In this document: positions 36,367 to 46,007 of the stretch, piece by piece | Numbering within the stretch: the stretch's first letter is position 1 | How the letters are laid out: every line of letters starts with the position of its first letter | Source of the DNA: a virus | Taxonomy: Duplodnaviria > Heunggongvirae > Uroviricota > Caudoviricetes | IMG/VR virus record: IMGVR_UViG_3300031344_000001 | DNA: 64,000 nucleotides | Direction: 5' to 3' (one strand) | The notes under the pieces: generated by a model | What the model was told of the DNA's origin: nothing | What the model saw: only the letters and a program-made list of their open reading frames with translations | Databases searched by the model: none | Position numbers and translations under genes: made by a program

Positions 36367-36441
36367 CGTGGTCTCCGGGACTTTCACCCAGCTGCGCTTT
36401 GGCTTCCTCCTCGCGTTCGCCGTCCGCGAGGCCAAGACCAC
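36367..36441 (-). ncRNA. tRNA-like RNA lacking an anticodon stem
   Basis: GTGGTCT/AGACCAC acceptor; CTGGG-TGAAAGT-CCCGG T arm; 7-bp D-like stem. Confidence 0.55.
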
Positions 36442-36442
36442 G

Positions 36443-36515
36443 TGGCAGGTCGCCAGGGGATTGAACCCTGCCGCTACGGATTTGGAATCCGAGCCGAGCC
36501 CAGCTCGCGCGACCT
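36443..36515 (-). tRNA. tRNA-Trp(CCA), minimal D loop
   Basis: loop TTCCAAA; GCCA end. Confidence 0.85.
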
Positions 36516-36597
36516 AGAAAGAAAGGCTCGCGCGCACCAGTCATCGTCACGGTGGTGGGACACCGTGCCGAGCTGCCCACGTGCGTGCGAGCGCTAG

Positions 36598-36671
36598 TAC
36601 CCCTGGAAGGAATTGCACCTCCGACACCTCGGTCCGTAGCCGAGTGCTCTGGTCTACTGAGCTACAGGGGC
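36598..36671 (-). tRNA. tRNA-Arg(ACG)
   Basis: loop CTACGGA. Confidence 0.9.
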
Positions 36672-36677
36672 AAAGAG

Positions 36678-36751
36678 TGTCGCGTGCGGGAGTCGAACCC
36701 GCGTTTCCGGTGTGAGGGACCAGCGTCCTAGGCCATCTGGACGAACACGAC
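36678..36751 (-). tRNA. tRNA-Glu(CTC)
   Basis: loop CCCTCAC. Confidence 0.85.
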
Positions 36752-36759
36752 AAAAACAG

Positions 36760-36831
36760 TGCGCGCGGCAGGGATCGAACCTGCGAGCTCCGGGTTGTCG
36801 TCCCGGCAATCTGCCGCTGATCTACGCGCGC
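36760..36831 (-). tRNA. tRNA-Val(GAC)
   Basis: loop ACGACAA. Confidence 0.85.
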
Positions 36832-36834
36832 ATC

Positions 36835-36909
36835 GGAGCGGATGACGAGAATCGAACTCGCCTTTAGAGCGTTGGAAGCGCCCTGCCTCACCAGTCGAGC
36901 CTCATCCGC
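36835..36909 (-). tRNA. tRNA-Gly(TCC)
   Basis: loop CTTCCAA; U73. Confidence 0.9.
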
Positions 36910-36916
36910 AAAACAG

Positions 36917-36988
36917 CTCCTCGGGCAGGAATCGAACCTGCAACCCTCGCGTTAACAGCGCGCCGCACTACCGTTGTGCTACCGAAGA
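36917..36988 (-). tRNA. tRNA-Asn(GTT)
   Basis: loop CTGTTAA. Confidence 0.9.
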
Positions 36989-37004
36989 ATATCGAAAACT
37001 GTCG

Positions 37005-37077
37005 AGCCCGCAGCAGGGATCGCACCCGCGGCCCCTCGCTTACAAGGCGAGTGCTCTGCTGGCTGAGCTATACGGGC
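37005..37077 (-). tRNA. tRNA-Thr(TGT)
   Basis: loop CTTGTAA. Confidence 0.9.
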
Positions 37078-37087
37078 AAGCTCGTCG

Positions 37088-37158
37088 AGCCCTCGTCGAG
37101 AATCGAACTCGAGCCTGCGGTTTACGAAACCGCTGCACGACCGTCGTGCTACGAGGGC
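37088..37158 (-). tRNA. tRNA-Thr(CGT)
   Basis: loop TTCGTAA. Confidence 0.9.
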
Positions 37159-37162
37159 ATTC

Positions 37163-37393
37163 ATGTCATCGAGCATCCACCTCACTCTTCGTGAGCTTCG
37201 TGACGCCTCCGAGTGGGCCGAGGCCCACGTGCGCGATGTCCACAGCGGCGACTTGCCGAACGGGGACCTCCGCGTCTCCACGCTGCCGACCGCCGGCATC
37301 GGGATGCGCGTCGTCGTCTTGTGCGAGGCGTGCGACCGCGTTCGAGTATCAAACGCGAACCACCACGACGTCACCGACTACAGCTGCTGGTGA
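37163..37393 (+). CDS. hypothetical protein
   Basis: ORF antisense to the array. Confidence 0.55.
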   Translation: MSSSIHLTLRELRDASEWAEAHVRDVHSGDLPNGDLRVSTLPTAGIGMRVVVLCEACDRVRVSNANHHDVTDYSCW

Positions 37394-37396
37394 TGA

Positions 37397-37582
37397 ATGT
37401 CCCAGCAACCACGCAACATCGACCTCGATCTTGAAGGGGGCGAACGACTTGCGCTGACCGTGAAATGTCCGAACGCGCGCTGTGCCTCCCCATCCGGAAC
37501 AAGGTGCCAACCGTACACGCACTGGGTCCGCGTAGCGTGGGCGCTTCGCGCGTTACCAAAACCCGTCGAACGCGACGTCTAA
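37397..37582 (+). CDS. small zinc-finger protein
   Basis: CP..RC....C...THWVR. Confidence 0.5.
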   Translation: MSQQPRNIDLDLEGGERLALTVKCPNARCASPSGTRCQPYTHWVRVAWALRALPKPVERDV

Positions 37583-37585
37583 CCG

Positions 37586-37657
37586 AGCGGACGACGGGGA
37601 TCGAACCCGCCTGTATCAGCTTGGCAAGCTGACGCCGCACCAAGCGGCCTCGTCCGC
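37586..37657 (-). tRNA. tRNA-Gly(GCC)
   Basis: loop TTGCCAA. Confidence 0.9.
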
Positions 37658-37773
37658 AAAACGAAGTCCCGAGTCGCGTTTCAACGTCCGAGTTGGGGTA
37701 ACTCAGGCGCCTCATCGTTGCTACGGCGATCACGTGATCGCCGGCCCGGGCTCTCGGATGCCCGTGCTTCTCG

Positions 37774-37845
37774 TCGAGGTGAGAGGAATCGAACCTCCAG
37801 TCCCAGCGTCCCAAACGCTGTACCCTACCGTTGGGCCACACCTCG
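37774..37845 (-). tRNA. tRNA-Pro(TGG)
   Basis: loop TTTGGGA. Confidence 0.9.
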
Positions 37846-37963
37846 GAAAAGTTGCTCCCCCTGGATCCCAGTTATTCCCCGGCATGGGGACCTCCGCGCC
37901 TGCGGTTCTTAGAAGTGCCGGGCAAGATGTCGTCTGCACAGGGGAGCTTTGACGACCCACGCG

Positions 37964-38035
37964 TGCCCCCGGTTGGACTTGAACCAACACGCTTCCGGGT
38001 AAGAACCGGCTGCTCTGCATTGGAGCTACGGAGGC
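37964..38035 (-). tRNA. tRNA-Lys(CTT)
   Basis: loop TTCTTAC. Confidence 0.85.
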
Positions 38036-38086
38036 AAAGAACGGGCACCAACTCGCGTACGACCGCGAAGTGATTGCCCGCAAACG

Positions 38087-38159
38087 TGCCCAGAGATCGA
38101 GTTGAACGATCATCTCCAGCTCTTCAGGCCGGCGCTTGCACCTCGCAAGCTGTCTGGAC
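38087..38159 (-). tRNA. tRNA-Phe(GAA)
   Basis: loop CTGAAGA. Confidence 0.85.
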
Positions 38160-38307
38160 AATTGTGCGATCGCGCCACATGCCGCGATCGCGTCATCGTC
38201 GTCAACTATTCACTTGTCAGGTGCCCCGTCCCCACCGTGTCGCTGGCGTCCCGCTGTGAGCTCTGCTCGGGGGACCGTCGATTCACGAGTGGTGCAGTCA
38301 GCCGCAG

Positions 38308-38378
38308 TTCAGGGGGAAGGGATCGAACCCTCATAGCGAGTGTCAGAGACTCGCGTCCTACCGTTAGACGACCCCTGA
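38308..38378 (-). tRNA. tRNA-Gln(CTG)
   Basis: loop CTCTGAC. Confidence 0.9.
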
Positions 38379-38780
38379 TCGATCTTTACGCTTTTTTCGT
38401 TTGTACTCACGACAGTATTTGTTCTGAGCCTCTCGGCAACGGGCGCAATGACAGTAGCGATACGAAGACCGGGTACCGTGCTTTCCTTTCGCGACCTCTT
38501 GTCCGAGTTCCGTGATTGTTTTCTCCTCGTGACAAGCGCGACAAAGCGCCTGACATTTTCTCAACTCTTGCTCGAAGCGCTCCTTGGAGACAGACCACAA
38601 CTGACTGATCGAAAATGACTTCTTTTTTGGGTCAACGTGATCAAATTCTAACGCCTCAGTGGATCCACACTTGCAGCAGACGCCCCCAAGTTGCTTGAGC
38701 GCTGCCTCACGTCGTGCGTGATAGCGTTTAAGTATGTAAACGCGCATGTACGCATTATAATCTTGGCGCTTACTTGGCAT
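38364..38780 (-). mobile_element. small HNH endonuclease inserted in the tRNA array
   Basis: CCKCG..LEFDH..KCQALCRACH; lower GC. Confidence 0.8.
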
Positions 38781-38782
38781 CG

Positions 38783-38854
38783 TGGGATCAGAGGGATTTG
38801 AACCCTCAACTCTTGACTTAAAAGGACAGTATGATGCCGTTTCACCATGATCCC
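38783..38854 (-). tRNA. tRNA-Lys(TTT)
   Basis: loop CTTTTAA; weak anticodon stem. Confidence 0.8.
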
Positions 38855-38899
38855 ATTAGTGCGTCAAGAGTTTTCGTTTCTTCATCAAATCTCCTTTCG

Positions 38900-38983
38900 T
38901 GGGCGCGCTCGGAATCGAACCGAGACGGTGCAGAGCACGCGTGATCTACAATCACGCCCGGAGCCACGCCGGTCTGCGCGCCC
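38900..38983 (-). tRNA. tRNA-Tyr(GTA)
   Basis: loop TTGTAGA; long variable arm. Confidence 0.85.
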
Positions 38984-38984
38984 G

Positions 38985-39069
38985 AAAACGAGAAGAGCCT
39001 CCAAGGGTTATCCCAGGGAGGCTCCAGATCGCTTCGGCTGTTTCAGCCTGGTCTATGCGTCTGGAGCCT
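38985..39069 (-). terminator. attenuator: terminator 38985..39024 and mutually exclusive antiterminator 39019..39069
   Basis: GAGCCTCC/GGAGGCTC-TTCTCGTTTT versus AGGCTCCAGA/TCTGGAGCCT. Confidence 0.75.
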
Positions 39070-39226
39070 TCTCTTCGTAGGTCGTGGGCTGCGGCTCGCG
39101 CTTGATACCCACGACGGTCCCCTGGCCGGCGAAGTTCGCCATACCCGCCCAATCGCGGCGCGCACACGGATGTCCTACGGTGCCTTGGCACCTGGACGAC
39201 ACTGTGAGAGCGAATGCGATCGACAT
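39053..39226 (-). promoter_or_regulatory. 57-aa leader peptide containing all 20 amino acids
   Basis: MSIAFALTV...YEEKAPDA; ends inside the antiterminator. Confidence 0.7.
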
Positions 39227-39242
39227 GGCGGGTACAAGGAGG

Positions 39243-39271
39243 ATGCTAACGTGCCGCCGATCAGAAGTCAA
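39243..39271 (-). promoter_or_regulatory. promoter TTGACT-N17-TAGCAT
   Basis: consensus match. Confidence 0.7.
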
Positions 39272-39297
39272 CGTCTTGCTCTCAGCGCGCAGACAGC

Positions 39298-39918
39298 TCA
39301 CGTCGTGACGCTCAACTCCGCGCGTCGCATGAAGCGCCCGCGCCGATGACCGCGCTGCGAACCGCGCTTTCTTTCTACGCCTGCCACACGCTCGTAACCC
39401 GCCGCGAGAAGGGCCTTCCGTAACACATCCGCGGTGACCCCGAGGTTACTGGCCACTTCGCAGCTGGGCATCCCCTGGTTCTCGATCCAACTCACGGCCA
39501 GCCTGACGCTGTAGTCATCGAGCCGTCGATCCGGGAGCCACGTCACGTGCAGCACGTGGAACTTCACGCGCGTGCGCACGTAGAGGACGCTCGTACCTGG
39601 CGCACGCCCGATCTCGAGGATGCCTTCCGCTCGGAGTGCCTCCGGCGTGGTCGACGTTTGAACGAGCGACGCCCGTGCACGCACCCGCGAGGGCGCTGCT
39701 GTTTGCCCTCGCGGCGCGAGGGCCGTGGGCAACGGCGGCGGCGGCGACGGCGGCGGCGGCGACGGCGGCGACGGCGGCGGCGGCGACGGCGGCGGCGGCG
39801 GCGACGGCGGCATGCACGCGATTTGAACGGGCGCAGGGAGCGGTTCGAGCCCTAAGCGCGCTCTCTCATCACGCTCGAACGCCGCGAAGGACGAATAGAT
39901 GCGTGGAACGAGCGTCAC
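39298..39918 (-). CDS. Pro-rich protein with possible C-terminal HTH
   Basis: poly-Pro tract; EVASNLGVTADVLRK. Confidence 0.55.
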   Translation of the reverse strand: MTLVPRIYSSFAAFERDERARLGLEPLPAPVQIACMPPSPPPPPSPPPPSPPSPPPPSPPPPLPTALAPRGQTAAPSRVRARASLVQTSTTPEALRAEGILEIGRAPGTSVLYVRTRVKFHVLHVTWLPDRRLDDYSVRLAVSWIENQGMPSCEVASNLGVTADVLRKALLAAGYERVAGVERKRGSQRGHRRGRFMRRAELSVTT

Positions 39919-40029
39919 CGCGTGCTCCGCTGCCGAGACGCGCGATCACCGCGCTGAAGCTGGACCGCGATCACCGCCGATTTCTCTACCACAGACGCGC
40001 GGCACGCTAGGGTGCTTCCGCAGTCCCCC

Positions 40030-40497
40030 ATGTACAAGGTCCAGCTGATCTACTTCCGGCAGACCGGCAAATTCCTGGCGATCGCCGAGGCCCTCACCAC
40101 GCACGACACGCTGGTCGAGATCTGGGAAGAGGTCGACGACTTGCGACGCCTCGGTCGACTGCCCGCGCTGCGCATTGGCACAGGGCGCGACCTGTTCATC
40201 TTCGTCGACGTCCCCGACCACCCGCAGCGCGTGCCGCACCTGGTGATGCCCCCATTCATCGACGACGACGACGTCACACCGCTGCGGGTCGGTACCGGCG
40301 AGATGGTGCCACTAGTCCGCATGCCGCTCGACGAGCTGCCACGTCCCCAACCATCACGCACCACCACGCGGGACGTGCTCAAGATCGATCCCGCAGTGTT
40401 CACCACCGAACCGTGCCTCGACACAGGCGTCGCGTCTGACGAAGAGATTACGCCCGTCGACCAGCCGATTCCCAAGAGCCCCGACAAAAAGCCCTAG
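40030..40497 (+). CDS. hypothetical protein
   Basis: ORF. Confidence 0.65.
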   Translation: MYKVQLIYFRQTGKFLAIAEALTTHDTLVEIWEEVDDLRRLGRLPALRIGTGRDLFIFVDVPDHPQRVPHLVMPPFIDDDDVTPLRVGTGEMVPLVRMPLDELPRPQPSRTTTRDVLKIDPAVFTTEPCLDTGVASDEEITPVDQPIPKSPDKKP

Positions 40498-40525
40498 CTC
40501 GCGAGCTCACCAGGACCGTGAGGCT

Positions 40526-40984
40526 TCACTCCTGAGCGGCGACGGCGAACGCTCGCCGCCACCACGAGCATTCCTCGACGAAGTCCACGCGCCCCAAGAT
40601 CCTGATCGTGCCGTCACGCAAGATCGCGCCGTAGTCGAACTCGTGCTCGGGACCTCCATCCGACAAGAACTTCGCGTGCGCGTCCGCGTCGCAGCCGGTC
40701 CCGTCCGGCGGGTGGCTCGCGTGCGCGTGCGCGATCCACCACTGGCGCGACGGGAAGAACCAGGACGTACCGTCCTCCGCGTAACCGATCGGGAAGTCGA
40801 GGTAGCCCCCACCGCCCGGCTTGCGTGCGCGAATCGCGACGGTCCAAAAGTTCGCGATCCAGGGCTTCTCGAGGTGCACGTTGATCATTCCGCGCACAGA
40901 GGCCGGCAACGAAGCGTCAAGGACGAGCGCGTCCCGTCGCCGCAGCAGCATGCTGGCGGCGATCTGTGCGATCTGGATGCGCAT
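40526..40984 (-). CDS. hypothetical protein
   Basis: ORF coupled to the phosphatase gene. Confidence 0.55.
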   Translation of the reverse strand: MRIQIAQIAASMLLRRRDALVLDASLPASVRGMINVHLEKPWIANFWTVAIRARKPGGGGYLDFPIGYAEDGTSWFFPSRQWWIAHAHASHPPDGTGCDADAHAKFLSDGGPEHEFDYGAILRDGTIRILGRVDFVEECSWWRRAFAVAAQE

Positions 40985-41430
40985 CAGCGTCCGGGAGCCT
41001 GCTTCACGTCGACCACGACGCGAACAAGGCGCTCGAAATTCGGGTTCGACAGCGCCCACGCGCCGCGCGCGCCGCGCAGTCGACCGACGATCTCATCGGC
41101 GCTCATGCCAAAGACGTCGTGCATCGCGAGCGCCGCGATCAGCGCCGATCGGTTCAGCCCCATCGCACACGTCACCAGCACGCGCTTCCCCGCACGCAAG
41201 CGACGAGCCACGCGGCCTGCGGCCTTCGTCGCAACGACGATCTCATCCTCGCGCAACGGCCGCTGCGGATCGTCGTCGAGCGGAGCGTGGAGCACCTCCG
41301 CGCCGGGGAACGAGTCAGCGGGGGGCTGGTACTCCATCGCCGCGAGGACGATCGCGTCGACGCAAGCGTGTCGTCCAAGCGCGGGCTTCGAGCCCACGAA
41401 GAGTCCAGGCGCAACCTCATTCTGCGACAT
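40984..41430 (-). CDS. dual-specificity protein phosphatase
   Basis: PLDD; VLVTCAMGLNRS (CX5R). Confidence 0.9.
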   Translation of the reverse strand: MSQNEVAPGLFVGSKPALGRHACVDAIVLAAMEYQPPADSFPGAEVLHAPLDDDPQRPLREDEIVVATKAAGRVARRLRAGKRVLVTCAMGLNRSALIAALAMHDVFGMSADEIVGRLRGARGAWALSNPNFERLVRVVVDVKQAPGR

Positions 41431-41458
41431 CAGCAACTCCTCCAACAACGAGCGAAGA

Positions 41459-41950
41459 TCACGACGGAGAAACCTTGCCGAGCATCCCGCCGAGGAAGCG
41501 CAGCGGGCGGTCACCAACGTTCTCGACGTAGATCATGATGGAGCTGCCCACGGTAGCAAGCGGCAGCGTCCACGGCGACCCGAGCAGCTCGGCGGCCTTC
41601 TTGCCCACCTTGATCTCGATCACCTTGTCACGCGCGAACATCGCGTCGATCTCGGCGATCGCCTCCATGGACGTCGCGAAAGCGTCGGCCGGGATCGGCG
41701 CTGACGCCGAGGCCAGCGCCTCGCGCGTTCCCACACGGAGAGAGTGGATCAAGAACGACGACGCGATCGGTAAATGCACGAACAACCGGTTGCCGCGGAA
41801 CGGGATCTGGGGCCTCGATTCGAGCACGATGTAGCCCGCCGGCATGACGTCCCCGGTCCGGTCCACCTCACCTGCGAGTAACCGTCCCGAGCGACTGTCG
41901 AAGCCGAGCCAACCGTCTGCTGTGTCGACGTGCTCCTTGGCGTTCATCAT
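41459..41950 (-). CDS. beta-rich hypothetical protein related to the 18535..19542 repeat unit
   Basis: RPQIPFRGNRL..FLIHSLRVG..IPADAF. Confidence 0.6.
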   Translation of the reverse strand: MMNAKEHVDTADGWLGFDSRSGRLLAGEVDRTGDVMPAGYIVLESRPQIPFRGNRLFVHLPIASSFLIHSLRVGTREALASASAPIPADAFATSMEAIAEIDAMFARDKVIEIKVGKKAAELLGSPWTLPLATVGSSIMIYVENVGDRPLRFLGGMLGKVSPS

Positions 41951-42139
41951 CGGGACCTCAGCCTAACAGGCTCTCGGGCAGATCCACCAGCAGTGCATCC
42001 TCACCGACGACCTCGTCAAGGTCGTCGGTCTGCACGGGCCGCCGCCTGCGTCCAGTCTCTCGCACGCTCTGGGCCTGGGCCCGCGCGGTCTGACGGCGAA
42101 CGATCACAGCACGGCGTTTGCGACGCTCCGCTGGCGTCA

Positions 42140-42430
42140 TCACTGGAAACCGCAAGCGTCGGCGACGTCGTCGCCGAGAAGCTGGCGCTCGCGCGACGGG
42201 GGCAGCCCCCCGTCCCCACGCGCCGCAAGCTTCTCCGCTTTACGCGACACCGCCACACTCACCTGACCCGGCGTCTGCTGCGTGTGCGCGACGACCGGAA
42301 CACCGATCGCCGAGAGTCCTGCCTCGACGAGCGCGGAGAGCGTCACACCGCGACGAGCAGCCTCCTGCTTGGCCTCCGCGTAGACGCTCCGGTTCAACGA
42401 AACAGTGCGGCGGGTCTGCTTCTTCGCCAT
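42140..42430 (-). CDS. ribbon-helix-helix DNA-binding protein
   Basis: RRTVSLN..AKQEAARRGVTLSALVE. Confidence 0.7.
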   Translation of the reverse strand: MAKKQTRRTVSLNRSVYAEAKQEAARRGVTLSALVEAGLSAIGVPVVAHTQQTPGQVSVAVSRKAEKLAARGDGGLPPSRERQLLGDDVADACGFQ

Positions 42431-42518
42431 GTCTGGAGAGCCTACGCCGCGAGGCTGACAGCCGCGACAACGCGGCACTTTTCTTGTCCCTCGTGCCCGA
42501 AATCTCTAGCTTTGTCGC

Positions 42519-43381
<863 letters not shown>

Positions 43382-43409
43382 ACGCAGTCGTCTCCGGCCC
43401 AGCGCAGCC

Positions 43410-45467
43410 TCACAACTCCTCGTTCCACCCGTCCCCGTCGATCGGGACGAACCCCTTGTCGGTCAACTCGAGGCGTCCCACGATGTTGGTAGCTCCGAAC
43501 CGATTCTTGCCGGGGCACCGGAGGATCCTCTCCCGTCCCTCAAGCTTCGCGCTCTGCTCCATCTCGAGCACGACGTCGACGTCGTGCTCGATCGTCTTGG
43601 GGCCCGCGATGTCCCCGTCCGCCGTGACGTGCCCGATGAGCCAGAGGGCCGTGCCTGTCGTCTTAGCGTAGCTGACAAAGCGATCCGTGCACGCCTTGAG
43701 CTGCGCCGGGGACCCCGCACGCCCTCCAACGTCCTCGCAGATCATCTTCTGGATCGAGTCGATCGCGATCGTCTGCGCGCGCATCGCCCGCGCGTGCGCG
43801 AAGATCTTGGTGAGTTGCCGCTCGGCCATCACGTAGAGCCGGGGAGACACCGCGTCGATGCGCCGCGCGGTCGCCGCGAGCTGCTCGCGCGTCTCCTCAC
43901 CCGTGACGTAGAGGCAACGGTGCTTGAGCCCGACGAGCACCTGGAGGGTGAGCGACGAATTATGCGTGACGGTGAAATCGCCGAGCAGGAAGCGCCCGTC
44001 GCCATCCAGGGTAAATCCGAAAAAAAGACCTTCTCCAATCGGCTCGACAGCGAAGCCCGTGCGCGTCGCGACCTTCTTCTGCCGCCGCGGACGCGCTTGT
44101 TTACGCGGAAGGCGCGTCGGGATCATGTTCGTGTCACCCGAGATGGTGACTCGCCAGTAATCGCCCTCGAAGATCGAACCATCGGCACGTTTGTAGCGCC
44201 CACGTTTGGGCACGATCGTCGCGCACAGCCCGAGTGATCGAGCCATCCACCAAATCTCCCGCGCCCAATCCTCGCGCTTCTGCGTGATGCAGAGACATGT
44301 GTTAACCAGATCGCCATCACGGTCGAGCAAGCCCGCCAAGAACTGGAGACGCTGATCACGTGGCGCCCTCGTATAGATCGCAGGCATGCGCAACTCCGTG
44401 CCGAGCAGGTTACGCAGCGTGCTGAGCAAGCGATTGACTGTCCCGCAACCGCGACTGCCATTGGTGATGGCGTACGTCGGACACCCACTGGTGTTTAGCG
44501 ACACGGTGACCTGCAAGTCCCAGGAACGCGCGACGTCTTCACACGACGCACGCACCTCGGGATCTGGCTTAGTGACGTGCACCTTCCTGAGCTGCCCGTC
44601 TTGGACCTGCTTAGTACCATCGCCGAACCAAAGTCCTAGAAAATAAGGATCGACCGGGAGCGTGTGGGTCTCTCCTCCAAATGACTCCACGCCGACGCTG
44701 AAGAGCTTTCCGTGATGACGCATGTCCGAATGCGGCGCCTTCGCTTGCCATTCGTCGAGGGGTACGTCGAACACTTCGTCCGTGTAACTGTCGACCAACG
44801 TGAGTACATGCGCGTCGTTGCAAATCCACGGCTCCCCCTTGATCGGATCAATCCGAAAGAGTTCTCCGCGCCCCTCATTCGTCGAGAGCACGACACGGGG
44901 CTTACCATCAGGCCCCATCAAACGATCACCCGGCAAGATTTGCTCAACCGGCAACACGCGGCCATCAAACAAAAGTACCGGCGTTCCACGTCCGAGGCAC
45001 TTACCAATGCCAGGCGGCGACGCGAGCAGCACCACGGAAGCCACGACCAGACCGCCCCCAAGCACGTGGTCGACAGGCACGAGCCCCGTCGAGTCACGAA
45101 CGAACGTCGCTTCCGGGATCTCCGAGATCGGGATCGGCGCCTCGGAGGCGGAGTCCACCGCTGATTCCTCCTCAGGTTCCGTGAGCTCGGGCTCGGGAGA
45201 AGGCGCGCGCACGACCGTGAGTCGCGAGAACTGCGGCACCGGCAATTCCGGCCGGGCCCTTCGCAGTGCGGGCGCCTGGTCCTGCGCAACGGCTTGCACC
45301 GGGACCTCCGCATCGGCGTTGACCACGTCGAGCCCCTCCATCGCTCGACAGCCCACGCAACGAGGCACCCACTTGGCGTGCACCTGCCCGCACGCGCGGC
45401 ACACGAAGCGACGAACGGGGGCGTCGTTCACGACGCCCGGATTGTGAGGATCTCGATCGATGGGCAC
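43410..45467 (-). CDS. radA: RadA/Sms-like ATPase with intein, lacking the Lon-like domain
   Basis: C4 Zn finger; PPGIGK|S Walker A; YVTGEE; IDSIQ; IGHVT..G.IAGPK.IEH; KNRFG. Confidence 0.9.
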   Translation of the reverse strand: MPIDRDPHNPGVVNDAPVRRFVCRACGQVHAKWVPRCVGCRAMEGLDVVNADAEVPVQAVAQDQAPALRRARPELPVPQFSRLTVVRAPSPEPELTEPEEESAVDSASEAPIPISEIPEATFVRDSTGLVPVDHVLGGGLVVASVVLLASPPGIGKCLGRGTPVLLFDGRVLPVEQILPGDRLMGPDGKPRVVLSTNEGRGELFRIDPIKGEPWICNDAHVLTLVDSYTDEVFDVPLDEWQAKAPHSDMRHHGKLFSVGVESFGGETHTLPVDPYFLGLWFGDGTKQVQDGQLRKVHVTKPDPEVRASCEDVARSWDLQVTVSLNTSGCPTYAITNGSRGCGTVNRLLSTLRNLLGTELRMPAIYTRAPRDQRLQFLAGLLDRDGDLVNTCLCITQKREDWAREIWWMARSLGLCATIVPKRGRYKRADGSIFEGDYWRVTISGDTNMIPTRLPRKQARPRRQKKVATRTGFAVEPIGEGLFFGFTLDGDGRFLLGDFTVTHNSSLTLQVLVGLKHRCLYVTGEETREQLAATARRIDAVSPRLYVMAERQLTKIFAHARAMRAQTIAIDSIQKMICEDVGGRAGSPAQLKACTDRFVSYAKTTGTALWLIGHVTADGDIAGPKTIEHDVDVVLEMEQSAKLEGRERILRCPGKNRFGATNIVGRLELTDKGFVPIDGDGWNEEL
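43959..44999 (-). mobile_element. intein (347 aa) with LAGLIDADG endonuclease
   Basis: CLGRGT...VTHN/S; LGLWFGDG and LAGLLDRDG. Confidence 0.92.
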
Positions 45468-45529
45468 GACCCGTAGACCCTAGCGTGGCGACGCGCCAGA
45501 AGTCACCCGATCGCTGACGGGCGAGATCT

Positions 45530-45976
45530 TCAAGACCCCAGCCGCGGAGCCAGGTGGGCGAGGTGCGGGGCGAGCACGACCTGGCCACCGGCCTCTTGTA
45601 GCTGCTTGGCGCTCGCAACGACCGCGTCTTCGTACTCCTTCGTCGAGGGGTATCCACGCTCTTGCGCCATCTGCGCGATCTGCGAAGCCGCCGGGGCGGG
45701 GAGGCCCATCGGCTGTGGAGCACCAGCCAGCGACGGCACGAACGCTGGCGACGGCAGGCCCATCGAGAGCGGTGGCAGCCCGGTCGGCGGCACAGGCTCG
45801 TCGCCGGCGTGCCCGATCTCTGGAGGGAGCTTCGCACCGCGGGGCCACATGAACCAGATCACGCCGCCGACGCCCACGACGAGCGCCAGTTTGACCCAGC
45901 CCCCGACGCCGCCGCGGCGAGGGACTCTCGCGAGTTGCTCCTCGCCGTAGTAGCCGCGTCCATATCCTGCGCTCAT
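45530..45976 (-). CDS. single-pass membrane protein
   Basis: transmembrane segment; Pro-rich linker. Confidence 0.65.
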   Translation of the reverse strand: MSAGYGRGYYGEEQLARVPRRGGVGGWVKLALVVGVGGVIWFMWPRGAKLPPEIGHAGDEPVPPTGLPPLSMGLPSPAFVPSLAGAPQPMGLPAPAASQIAQMAQERGYPSTKEYEDAVVASAKQLQEAGGQVVLAPHLAHLAPRLGS

Positions 45977-46007
45977 GAGACCTCCTTCTTGTCGACGGCT
46001 GACCAGT

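Noticed and set aside
33090-38983. Stop-codon reassignment or suppressor tRNAs
   Set aside because: No CTA, TTA or TCA anticodon found; genes end normally at TAG, TGA and TAA.
35707-39000. Most ORF-track entries overlapping the tRNA array
   Set aside because: They are translations of tRNA genes.
38985-39240. T-box riboswitch
   Set aside because: No TGGNACC T-box bulge or stem I motifs seen; a translated leader explains the structure better.
39733-39812. (GGC)n microsatellite as a regulatory repeat
   Set aside because: Encodes the poly-Pro/Ser linker of ORF 39298..39918.
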